Position numbers and translations under genes: made by a program
Notes under the pieces: generated by a model
Told to the model about the DNA's origin: nothing
Seen by the model: the letters and a program-made list of their open reading frames with translations, nothing else
Databases searched by the model: none
Assembly: GCA_001567515.1 (NCBI GenBank)
Contig: LLEV01000008.1
Coordinates: 36,610-100,609, forward strand
Direction of reading: 5' to 3'
Length of the DNA: 64,000 nt
Origin: Microgenomates bacterium OLB22
GTDB taxonomy: Bacteria; Patescibacteriota; Microgenomatia; UBA1406; HO2-37-13b
Shown: piece by piece, positions 50,817 to 60,140 of the stretch
Layout: each line of letters opens with the position of its first letter
Numbering within the stretch: position 1 is the first letter of the stretch

Positions 50817-51788
50817 TTATACGTACCGCAAGAGTATTTTTCGCATATGATAGGCAATACCAAAGACAGTATAGAGAGAGGGTCTGAGGATCTGGTCTCG
50901 ACTCGGGTAATACTCAACAAATGTTGTCCCAAAGCCCTCCTTGAAACGAGTAAATCCTGCCCATGCGTCGTCGTGGCTATAATCAGGTGCTAAAGACCCC
51001 CACATATCAAAATCAATAGCGCCATACTGCTTTCCGAGTTGTATGGCATACCACATGAGTGCATGAGGAGCCATCAGATCTCTATGAAGCTCCGACGATC
51101 CTCCGTAAGGATAGTAAAGTTTTCTATTGAATAGAAACAACTCATAGGAGCACAGCGGCTTTTTCTTGAAATCAGCCTGGATAATATGGGCGATCTTTCC
51201 ATGAAGTGCTGAAAATACGGTGCTATGGTATTGCTTCGAGTGTCCTTTGTAGTTCTGACGGGCACAGGTCTGTGAATAAAGTAGATAAAAATTCTCAAAA
51301 CCCTTTTCTGTTGTGTTTTCGTATGTCGTCACTCCTTTTTTGAAGGCTAGTCGTATATTGTAACGAGTTTTGGGTTTCATTCGTGCCAGTATCTCCTCTT
51401 CAGTAGGGCTAATATCCAGATGCTGTGTCCACTGAGGGAATAGAGGAAATGGAGATTCTTTTGTCTGCCTGGTAAAGTGAGATTGATCTTTGTTGCCGCT
51501 ATCTTTCTTGACTTGGTGATAGGGCTCCCATTTGACACAAATGGCTTTATGCCTGGCACCTAGTTCTTTGGCGAGATCAAGTGCCTTCTCTGAAGGGAGT
51601 ACTGAGCGAGGGATATAGAAGATCGAAGCCCCCAGTCCTGGTACTTTATGTATAGCACCTTGATAGACATCTTTCCCATCGTCAAAGCGGATGACAGTAT
51701 AGCCGAGAGTTTCTCGCATTGCCCCCCACTCCCACGACTGCAGTGGATGATGGGCTTTTTTATTCCAGCTATCTGCAGTGTATGTCAT
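50817..51788 (-). CDS. FemAB-family peptidoglycan interpeptide-bridge peptidyltransferase-like protein
   Basis: 323 aa; N-terminal …HPLQSWEWGAMRETLGY… and overall FemAB/GNAT-pair size; family call by resemblance. Confidence 0.65.
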   Translation of the reverse strand: MTYTADSWNKKAHHPLQSWEWGAMRETLGYTVIRFDDGKDVYQGAIHKVPGLGASIFYIPRSVLPSEKALDLAKELGARHKAICVKWEPYHQVKKDSGNKDQSHFTRQTKESPFPLFPQWTQHLDISPTEEEILARMKPKTRYNIRLAFKKGVTTYENTTEKGFENFYLLYSQTCARQNYKGHSKQYHSTVFSALHGKIAHIIQADFKKKPLCSYELFLFNRKLYYPYGGSSELHRDLMAPHALMWYAIQLGKQYGAIDFDMWGSLAPDYSHDDAWAGFTRFKEGFGTTFVEYYPSRDQILRPSLYTVFGIAYHMRKILLRYV

Positions 51789-51790
51789 AA

Positions 51791-53572
51791 TTAAAAGCTT
51801 TTATGCATCCAATTGTACTCGTCTTCATTGTCGTTAAGAAAGCGAGATTTGATAGTGTATCCTGACCGCCCAAACAGGAAGCGCCTTTTTGCATGGGTGA
51901 TGTAGAGTCTCTTTCGGGCTCTAGTCACCCCAACGTAAAACAAACGTCGCTCCTCCTCAAGCTCCTCTGTTGAATACAATGCTCTTGAGTGGGGTAGTAT
52001 CCCGTCTTCAAGACCCACTATACATATATAGTCAAACTCAAGTCCCTTTGCTTGATGAAGCGTCATGAGGCTCACTCCCCTTTTATTCTTTTGATTTTTC
52101 TCGTTCTCTGAATATTCTGACTCGACGAGGGCAACTTGATGTAGGAACTCTGTGATGGCGGGAAAATGCTGGGCAACAGATCTAAGTTCTCTTATATTCT
52201 CAAGACGGGCAATATCTTCACTATTTGTATCGTTATAAAGATCAAGATACCCCGTTCGCTCTATAACTAGACCGATGAGCTCATCGGATTGGGGATGTTC
52301 TTTTTCTTGATACTCATCCCTAACTGCCAAAAACCGTTTCAGTCGTCCTTTGCCGAGCTTTTCAATACGCTTGTAAGATACTTCATCTTTGGGGTTGATC
52401 CATACATTCAGGTATGCCAAGACATCTTTGACCTCTTTGCGTTCATAAAATCGAGTCCCTCCTACTAAGACATAAGGGATCCCCAGATGCAGCAGCGCTT
52501 CTTCGATGACCCGGGACTGTGCATTCATGCGGTATAAGATAGCGGCCTTATCATAGTTGGCAGGAGCACACAGTTGCTCGATGGTTTCAGCTACATAGAG
52601 AGCCTCTTCCTCTTCATTGGTAAGCTCTAGTACTGCGACTTCTTCCCCAGTATCATTTGTGGTAGTTAGGGATAGTACAGGATGTGAGGTGTTATGAGAA
52701 ATGAGCTTATTCGCGTATGATAAGATACTTTCTGTTGAGCGATAGTTTACTTCAAGGTAATAGGTCTTTGCATCCGGAAAGTTCTCCTGAAATTTATGAA
52801 GATTTCGGAGGTCTGCGCCTCTCCACGAATAGATGCTTTGTGAAAAGTCCCCTACGACACTGATATTTCTACTTTTCTGCGAGAGGAGTATGGCCAGCAT
52901 ATATTGCGCTGCATTTGTATCCTGAAATTCATCTATCAAAAAGTAGTGATACTGCTCTTGAAGTTGGGCTAAGACATCGTTATCATTTTTCAGTAATAGA
53001 ACCATATTCAGTAACAAGTCATCAAAATCCATTGCGTTGGCCTCTTTTAGAGCTTTTTGGTAGTCTACATAAAGAGCGGCAATGAGCTGATCATAGTTTC
53101 CTTGGGCAAACGGAAGGTACTGCTCTGGTGTCATCATATTATCCTTGATCGATGAGATCCGCGCTAAGACACCAGAAGGGGTTAGTGTCTTGTTCGTAGC
53201 CATCTTCTTAAGGCAACGTTGGATCAGTTGTTTTTGGTCATCCTGATCATATATAGTAAAGTCATTTGGGAATCCGATGCGAGGAGCGTGTCTGCGCATT
53301 TGCATTGCGCAAAAAGCATGAAAGGTCCCTATGTATCCAAGCGGACGTCCCATCCTCTCCTTCATCTCCCCAGCAGCTTTGTTGGTAAATGTCACCATCA
53401 TGATATTTTCTGGTGATACATTTTTTGCTTCGATAAGATAACGCACCTTAGTTATTAGGACGCGTGTTTTACCAGACCCAGCACCGGCTAGGATAAGGGC
53501 TGGCCCTTCGGTGTGAAGCACAGCCTCCTTTTGGGCATCATTGAGAGAATCTAATTCTTGCTGCATCTGCAT
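51791..53572 (-). CDS. uvrD: SF1 DNA helicase (UvrD/PcrA family), compact
   Basis: 593 aa; Walker A AGAGSGKTRV, motif II IDEFQDTN, motif VI VGVTRARKRLY. Confidence 0.85.
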   Translation of the reverse strand: MQMQQELDSLNDAQKEAVLHTEGPALILAGAGSGKTRVLITKVRYLIEAKNVSPENIMMVTFTNKAAGEMKERMGRPLGYIGTFHAFCAMQMRRHAPRIGFPNDFTIYDQDDQKQLIQRCLKKMATNKTLTPSGVLARISSIKDNMMTPEQYLPFAQGNYDQLIAALYVDYQKALKEANAMDFDDLLLNMVLLLKNDNDVLAQLQEQYHYFLIDEFQDTNAAQYMLAILLSQKSRNISVVGDFSQSIYSWRGADLRNLHKFQENFPDAKTYYLEVNYRSTESILSYANKLISHNTSHPVLSLTTTNDTGEEVAVLELTNEEEEALYVAETIEQLCAPANYDKAAILYRMNAQSRVIEEALLHLGIPYVLVGGTRFYERKEVKDVLAYLNVWINPKDEVSYKRIEKLGKGRLKRFLAVRDEYQEKEHPQSDELIGLVIERTGYLDLYNDTNSEDIARLENIRELRSVAQHFPAITEFLHQVALVESEYSENEKNQKNKRGVSLMTLHQAKGLEFDYICIVGLEDGILPHSRALYSTEELEEERRLFYVGVTRARKRLYITHAKRRFLFGRSGYTIKSRFLNDNEDEYNWMHKSF

Positions 53573-53605
53573 AGTATAATCATACAGAGTTCATAGAGAT
53601 AGGAT

Positions 53606-54289
53606 ATGAAAGAGTACACACTACTAGCAAATTGGAAGTCATGGGGCACTAGTTCTCAGATACGTCAATGGACGACCGCATTCTTGTCAAAGTATCGGTC
53701 GCAACCAAACATCAATGTCATTTTACTACCATCCTTACTTCACGTGGGTCTTATGACAGATCTTCTGCGTGATGTTGAAGGAGTAGCTATTGGAGCACAG
53801 GAACTTTCATCTTTTAGTGGAGAAAACTGCTCAGGTGAGGTAACGATAGATTTATTACAGGAGTATTGTCACTATTACCTCATTGGGCATAGTTTCCAAA
53901 GAAAACATCGAGACAGTGATGGTGCAAAGGTCGTGAGACAAGGTGCTCTTATCTCGGAGTATCGAGGGACTCCCATCCTCTGTGCAAGTAACACTGAAGA
54001 AATCCCTGATGGATATCAGGGTTTATCTGTTTTTGAGCCAATAGATGCAATAAGTGATGGATCGGGATACGGTGAAACGGCAGAGATTGACGATGTCACT
54101 GCCGCCTGCGTTCGGTTTCGAGCTAAGACAGGCAACAAAGTCTTCTATGGGGGATCAGTAAATGAACATACTATTACTCAACTGTTGAAATCAGGGGCAG
54201 ATGGTTTTCTTGTAGGTGGAGCTTCAAGAGACCCAGAGCGATTTATCAAGATCTTTGCTCTTACAGCACAAGAGCGAGTAGTAGGATAA
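53606..54289 (+). CDS. tpiA: Triosephosphate isomerase (divergent)
   Basis: ANWKSWG (Lys), LIGHSFQRK (His), FEPIDAISDGSGYG (Glu plus altered loop 6), YGGSV, LVGGAS. Confidence 0.75.
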   Translation: MKEYTLLANWKSWGTSSQIRQWTTAFLSKYRSQPNINVILLPSLLHVGLMTDLLRDVEGVAIGAQELSSFSGENCSGEVTIDLLQEYCHYYLIGHSFQRKHRDSDGAKVVRQGALISEYRGTPILCASNTEEIPDGYQGLSVFEPIDAISDGSGYGETAEIDDVTAACVRFRAKTGNKVFYGGSVNEHTITQLLKSGADGFLVGGASRDPERFIKIFALTAQERVVG

Positions 54290-54726
54290 GGAGTGCTCCT
54301 CCGATACCCAGAAGCGTTGTTTTCTATAAATCCTGCTTTTGGTAACGAGGCTGATGCTTTGGTAACAGTTGCAACTGGGGTTATGGAAGCTGCTTTGTGG
54401 GTTGGTGTGTCTGTGGCAATGGCAGTGCTGGTGGGAGTGAGGAGCTCAAGTCCAGGAGGTGTTACGACAACGGATCTGCCTTCATTATCCGCAGTCCCAG
54501 TAGGATTGTTAGATGGACTGATAATTGCCTTGGTAGGTATAGTAGATGGTGCAGCGTTGCTAAATTGGAAGTCTACCTGTTTTACATAGGTTTTTCGTTC
54601 CGGCCGTATCTCAATCTTCGATACTGGAGTTTTGTTACCCGATCTGCTCAGGAAGAAGACTACTCCAGTCACTGTCAACAATACTAGTACGAGTGCAATG
54701 ATGACTACTAGGTGTGATTTTTTCAT
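54261..54726 (-). CDS. Surface protein with N-terminal TM/signal and C-terminal LPKAG sorting-like signal; frameshifted as sequenced
   Basis: MKKSHLVVIIALVLVLLTV…, Thr/Pro-rich. After …ASLPKAGFIE the +1 frame gives TTLLGIGGALLILLLALVL then stop (54261-54263) if T4 at 54320-54323 is T3. The as-sequenced ORF instead runs antisense into tpiA. Confidence 0.55.
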
Positions 54727-55400
54727 AAGTCGGAAGTCTCTCCGAGCCAGGAGCCTGACTTTGAGTCAAAAAGCTCTCCCTCAATGTGTAATGATGCACT
54801 TTCACTAGATATGAAAAATTCTCTATAATAGACATTCTCCTGTGCATTGTACATCGCTGTCTCATCAAAGAGATCCCAATTCTTTTTATTGACACGGATT
54901 CGAGCCTTGCTAATGTCCACGCCTGATAGTGATTTGAGTCCAATGAAGATGAAATCATTTGGCTGAAGGGCAAGTATTTGTTGATCTTTAAGTGGCTGCC
55001 AACTTGTATCATAGAGCACTATTCCAGCTGAGCTAGCCTGCCTGATCACAGTTGGCGATGTAGTGGCAGACTTTCTGGTGACTGGCTTTCCCCATCCGCC
55101 ATATAGTGCATAGATGAAGACTCCCCCTATCAGAAGCAATCCACCAACTACTAAAAAAAGGGCGGCTCTATTGGGTGGAGCAGCTATGACTTCCTTTTTG
55201 TTTTCTATGTGCAGTGGTGTAAATGTTTGATTTGCTTCATGTTCCTCTGGATGAAAGTCAGGTACCTCTACTTGTTTTGTCTCAGTCGAATTTTTCTTTT
55301 TGAGTATATGAAAGAGCTCGTAAATGATGAGCCCAAAAGTAACAAGAAATGCAAACAGTGCAACTTTGTTTAGAGTGAAAACGATTGGAGATAGTGACAT
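54723..55400 (-). CDS. Two-TM membrane protein with C-terminal extracytoplasmic domain, unknown function
   Basis: 225 aa; ATGA overlap with the downstream gene; part of the pilN-led operon. Confidence 0.55.
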   Translation of the reverse strand: MSLSPIVFTLNKVALFAFLVTFGLIIYELFHILKKKNSTETKQVEVPDFHPEEHEANQTFTPLHIENKKEVIAAPPNRAALFLVVGGLLLIGGVFIYALYGGWGKPVTRKSATTSPTVIRQASSAGIVLYDTSWQPLKDQQILALQPNDFIFIGLKSLSGVDISKARIRVNKKNWDLFDETAMYNAQENVYYREFFISSESASLHIEGELFDSKSGSWLGETSDL

Positions 55401-55402
55401 GT

Positions 55403-56783
55403 CTACAATAATAGTATCAGACCCAGACCCACGAAGAAACTCAAGGTTCCTATGAGGAGAGCAGGTACGATAGTTGTCCCTGATATGGGTGGGGTACGAG
55501 TGGCACTCGGAATGCTACTAGTCGGCCCGGATGTCGGAGCGATAGTCCCCGTAGCTGAGGCCTCACTAGTCGGCTCAGGCTCGGGTGTTAGTGTTGCGCT
55601 ACCAGTGGCCTCCCCCAATACTGCTTCTCCACTTTTTAGCAATGTAAAGGACACTTTAGAACTATATGAATTTTTGCCAGTTGTTTTGGCTTCTATGGTA
55701 TAGTCACCAGGCAGGAGTGGTTGTTCACTACTAAATCTCCATACGCCAACACTATCGGCTCGAGCCCTTCCAAATGTGACATCCTTGCCCTTCTTTATAT
55801 AAATACTGATGATTTCATCTGGGAGGCTGATCCCTTTGATCAAAGGTTGTGAAGAGATAGAGGCTTTATCTTCAGGATAAATGATTTGCAGTGGTGATGT
55901 CTGGAGCTGTTTTGCCATCACTGAAGGACTGGGAGCCAGTGAAATCGTTGGTGTAGCTGTAGCCGTCTCTTGGTCACTTTGAAAACCCAAGACAGGGGGG
56001 GCTTCGGTAGGTGAAAAAGCCAGTTGCTGTTCTTTGTCGCCAAGAGAAAGAGTAGCCGAGGAGTTAATAAGAGTATCGAGACTGTAGCTCAGCACCTTTT
56101 TTTGTCCTTGATCGTCATATAGTCGGACTGATATATCAGTAGATAGAGGTAGCGACTGGATTGGAGCGCCATCTTTGGCGAGCATGCAACAAAGCGGTAT
56201 AAGAAATGAGCCATCAGCATCAGTCGTATCGAGTAGTATCTGGATATCCTCGGCTTCAATGATCACGACCGCATCAGCTGCTGGTTCACCTGACTCGGTA
56301 GTTACGTGTCCATAGATAGGAGATAAGGTCCCTACAGTGGTTATCCTCTGTGAACTGGTAAACTCATATATCAGCTTTTTACTCCCAATGGGATTTTGTT
56401 CGTCATCGACCAGGCTAACAAAATAAACCTTCTCAGGTTCGAGACCTTGTAGCTCGAAGACATGGGTAGTTCGCTCTCTTCTCATTGACTCCGTATCACG
56501 TTTATCGATAAGTCTTTTGTTCAGGTCTGTTGGGGAAGTTCCGTAGTGAAGTTGCCCGCGTGTCGGCTGTTTTGGTCTGGAATACGATGGTAGCTGTTGT
56601 TCCCGTCTTATTCCCTGTGAACGTATTTAATACAGCATTGGTTGACTGTACATTCTTCCCAAAAGTGAGATCCGGCAGTTTAAAGGGGGTACTACGGCGC
56701 ACATAGAAGATTGTTCCTACTACAAGGAGTAATATAAACGTCAAAAAAATCTCATAGCCATAGCGAGAAAGCGGTCTACTCAT
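55403..56783 (-). CDS. Large surface protein (FN3-like, CarboxypepD_reg-like and Ig-like domains) with C-terminal TM/sorting-like tail; frameshifted as sequenced
   Basis: ORFs 56502-56783 (N-terminal TM, …TATIVFQTKTADTRATS) and 55403-56485 join as …YGTSPTDLNKRLIDKRDTESMRRERTTHVFELQGLEPEKVYF (FN3-like) with one base fewer near 56530-56560. GHVTTESGEPAADAVVIIEA…DADGSF is CarboxypepD_reg-like. The protein ends …TRTPPISGTTIVPALLIGTLSFFVGLGLILLL. Confidence 0.6.
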
Positions 56784-56966
56784 TGCTTTTGCTCTAATTT
56801 TTCGATAACACCGACATCCAGATTTAGCTTAAGTGGCTTAGTAAACTCAGGGTAAGCCGCCTTTATTTGACGCGTTTGAGAAAGATGAAAAAAGATCCGC
56901 AATGATCCACACACTAATTGTGACGAAGATGGTGACCGATATAACCAATAATTCTTTTTGATTCAT
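56780..56966 (-). CDS. Small single-TM protein (61 aa) of the pilN operon; frameshifted as sequenced
   Basis: MNQKELLVISVTIFVTISVWIIADLF then HLSQTRQIKAAYPEFTKPLKLNLDVGVIEKLEQKQ if A6 at 56888-56893 is A5; ATGA overlap with the next gene. Confidence 0.5.
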
Positions 56967-56970
56967 AGCG

Positions 56971-57543
56971 CTAGTAATATCCTGATTCAATCGTTAATGA
57001 TATCTCAAGCTTTTGAGATTGTAGAGTGTCTTTTGTCATCCTAAATGCAGTGATATGTTTTAGTCGTGGCTGATTGAGCAGCGTTTTTATGAAGCGCGAT
57101 ACTTCGGCAAATGACCCCTGGATCTTGATCGAGAGATCGAGCGTTTTTTATTTTTATCTGAATCATCATGATAGGTAACTTCTCCAACATCTATTGACCC
57201 AATAGTCAGTGGAGTAGCCTCAGCGGCCTGACGTATCTCGGATATAAATGGCTGAAGTTGAGGTCCTGACGGGATCGCCGCCTCAACAAGGTAGGACTTT
57301 GGTCTAATACTTTCAAGTGCTCCTTGTAGAGCTACTATCTTGCGTATATTCGTCTCATAGATAGCATTGATGGCTTTTAGCTCTTGCGCTTCGTTGCTGA
57401 GGGACACAGCAATTCGTAGTACAGGACGTATTACGAAAAAAGCAAAAAACGATGAAAGCAGCAAAAACATGATGGCGTAGGTATAGTCTTGTACCTGCTT
57501 TTTCCCTATGACTTTTTTTTATAATTTCTACGGTATCAATCAT
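56971..57543 (-). CDS. pilO: PilO-like pilus assembly protein; two frameshifts as sequenced
   Basis: MIDTVEIIKK / VIGKKQVQDYTYAIMFLLLSSFFAFFVIRPVL…(TM, coiled coil)… / TLDLSIKIQGSFAEVSRFIKTLLNQPRLKHITAFRMTKD…LTIESGYY. Joins at T8 57513-57520 (one extra) and T6 57144-57149 (one short). ATGA overlap with pilN. Confidence 0.6.
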
Positions 57544-58067
57544 TTTAGTGTGAGCTCGAATGAAAAAGTATAATTACCACCTTGATCACGAATGACATCA
57601 TTGACAGTGATATCAGAAAAGAGTTTTGAGGAGAGAAGATGTGTGTACCACTGGCGAATTAGAGCTACCTCGCGAGTCGATCCTTCTATGGCGACTTTTT
57701 TTTGATCATAGGTGACATCAGTAAGGAAGAGGTTCGTCGGCACGCTGCTAAAAATGAGTTCGAGTAACTGAGTAAGAGCAGATTGCATGTTGAGGATCTT
57801 GGCGATCTCGTCCTGTTTCGTGTCCAGTGCCTTAGCTTCATCTACAAGTGGACGAGCAAACTCTAATACGGCCTCTTTGCTTTTAAACAGCTCCTCCTGA
57901 TCTATAACTTGTTGGTCGATAATAAAGCGATAGAAAAACACACAAATCACCACCATCTGCGTCACTACTAGAATGTATCGGAAGTAATGGAGCATAAAAT
58001 AAAGAACCTTTTCTGTGAAAGGCTTATCTATGTGAGGAAGTAGGTTTATTGTTTGCTTTTTGGTCAT
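57540..58067 (-). CDS. pilN: PilN-like pilus assembly protein
   Basis: 175 aa; N-terminal INLLP motif, single TM, coiled coil, C-terminal alpha/beta domain. Confidence 0.65.
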   Translation of the reverse strand: MTKKQTINLLPHIDKPFTEKVLYFMLHYFRYILVVTQMVVICVFFYRFIIDQQVIDQEELFKSKEAVLEFARPLVDEAKALDTKQDEIAKILNMQSALTQLLELIFSSVPTNLFLTDVTYDQKKVAIEGSTREVALIRQWYTHLLSSKLFSDITVNDVIRDQGGNYTFSFELTLK

Positions 58068-58093
58068 GCTCGTATCTAACTAGGCGAAGATCC

Positions 58094-58348
58094 TTACTTG
58101 GCTGATCGTTTCGCTATACGAGATTTGAGACGGCTTGCCTTATTTTTATGAATAACCCCTCTTTTTTTTGCTTTGTCAATTATGGCATATGCTTTTGCGA
58201 GTAAGTTAGTCTTGCTCGTTTTTGTAGCTTTACTTGAAGCCACTTTTTTTCATGGACTCTTTCACGTTTTTTTTTGATCTTAGCGTTGGCGGTCGTTCTT
58301 TTCTTGTCTTGATGCATCTTTTTGATTGCTGATTTTATTATTTGGCAT
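58094..58348 (-). CDS. rpsT: 30S ribosomal protein S20; three frameshifts as sequenced (absent from the ORF track)
   Basis: After GGGGGGTGA RBS, ATG 58348. Corrected reading: MPNNKSAIKKMHQDKKRTTANAKIKKNVKESMKKVASSKATKTSKTNLLAKAYAIIDKAKKRGVIHKNKASRLKSRIAKRSAK. Each of T4 58333-58336, T9 58267-58275 and T7 58244-58250 must lose one base. Confidence 0.85.
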
Positions 58349-58476
58349 ATGATTGTCACCCCCCTTTTCTACTGGTAAATGTATCACTAGTCTAGTTTAA
58401 TAAATAAGGGTGTAATATACAATATAGATTACTGAGATAATCTATATTTGACCAAAAGCATAACTAAAAGACCATT

Positions 58477-60109
58477 ATGGAGCGCATACTAAAAAACACG
58501 AAAGAACTTTTTTTAAGAAGGCAAAGCGACATCGTCTCATCTGCAATCTTGTTTGCAGGTATGATAGTAGTTTCACGTTTTTTGGGTTCATAAGGTATCG
58601 CAGCCTTACTACATTTTTTACCACTACTGAACTGGATATTTTTTTTGCAGCTTTTCGAGTACCTGACTTTGTATTTGAGGTGCTGATTTCAGGAGCCTTG
58701 AGCTCAGCCTTCATTCCTCTATTCATTCGTTATAAACAGGATGAAAAAACGTTCTCAAAGCATATTTCCTCGATTATCAATGTCATCATCACCTCACTTG
58801 CAATTGGGATGGGGCTTTTTTTGTTGCTTGCTCCTTATATCATGCCGTTGATTGCCCCAGGATTCACACCGGAGCAATTGGACCTCGTTGTCTCATTAGC
58901 ACGCATGCTTATAGCTTTGCAGTTGCCATTCCTGGTCTTGGGCGGGATACTATCGGGGATAGCCCAAGCTAACAGGATATTTTTGATGAGTGCCATCGCC
59001 CCGGTACTCTATAACGTATCTATAATACTGGGGACATGGTTTTTGGCTCCTTCACTATGGTTGTACGGCCCCATAGTCGGAGTAGTGGTAGGAGCTATTT
59101 TGCTATTTATTATACAACTACCTATCTTGTTTGCAGCCCCAATAGGCTATCGACCATTCATCTTTGTTCGCAGAGCAGTAAAAGAGTTTTTTACCTTATT
59201 TAGTCCTCGTTTGATGACAGTGATAGCCCGTCAGATTGATATGACTATTGATTTGACACTCGCATCACTACTTGGAGCTGGAGCCTATTCCACTTTTTAT
59301 CTGGCTCAGCAGATACAGTTTTTCCCAGTAGCTTTTGTCGGAATGTCCTTCGGGCAAGCCTCTCTTCCATATGTCTCCGAATTGTTTGAGCAAAAGAAGT
59401 TGCAGGAAGTGAGACGACTTTTTGTCCAATCATTGTTACAGATCCTTTTTTTTAGCATTCCTATTGGTCTTTTTTTTATCTTCGCTCGTACCCCACTCGT
59501 TCGTATTATAGCTGGAGGTCGTAAGTTCGACTGGGAAGCGACCAACATTGCTGCCCATATCGTGTCAGTCTTTGCGCTGTCTATTCCATTTCATAGCCTA
59601 TACTACTTCCTCGTACGGGTTTTTTTATGCTTGTCGTGACACCAAAACTCCTTTCTACATCAACATGTTTTTCGTGGCTCTTAACATTGCTATTTCGAGC
59701 TTTCTTGTACTGGTCTTAAAGCAAGGGGCTTGGGTGCTTGCCCTCTCATTTTCTGTCACAATCATTGGAAATGTCATAATATCTCTGATCGTTTTATACC
59801 GTAAGATAGGCGGATATCGACTTCCTGAGCTGTTTGGTGGAGTGACGAAAATTGTTATTGCCACAGTGTGTTCGGCATTTCCAGCCTATGTACTACTCCG
59901 TTTGTTGGATTCGCTCATCATCAATACCACTCGTACACTCAGTTTGCTTCTATTGATGTTTGTGGTGGGAGGGGTATACCTTTCCGGGTACCTATTACTT
60001 TGTTGGCTCTTAGGTGTCAGCGAGCTAGCAGTTGTCACAAAACTTTTTTGCTCGGGTACAACAGTATGGGAAAAAGCTGAGAGAAGTTTTTACCGATGTC
60101 ACTGTATGA
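58477..60109 (+). CDS. murJ: Lipid II flippase MurJ (MviN); up to three frameshifts as sequenced
   Basis: MERILKNTKELFLRRQSDIVSSAILFAGMIVVSRF(F)GFIRYR…DIFFAAFRVPDFVFEVLISGALSSAFIPLF… …RVFYACRDTKTPFYINM. Joins at T6 58578-58583 (one short) and T7 59620-59626 (one extra), and probably T6 60044-60049 (one extra), giving a stop at 60107-60109. Confidence 0.85.
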
Positions 60110-60140
60110 AAAAGTTTCGAGTATACTTTGTTCATACCGT

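Noticed and set aside
54293-54687. Plus-strand ORFs 54293-54589 and 54397-54687
   Set aside because: They are antisense to the Thr/Pro-rich surface-protein gene of the pilN operon, with no start context.
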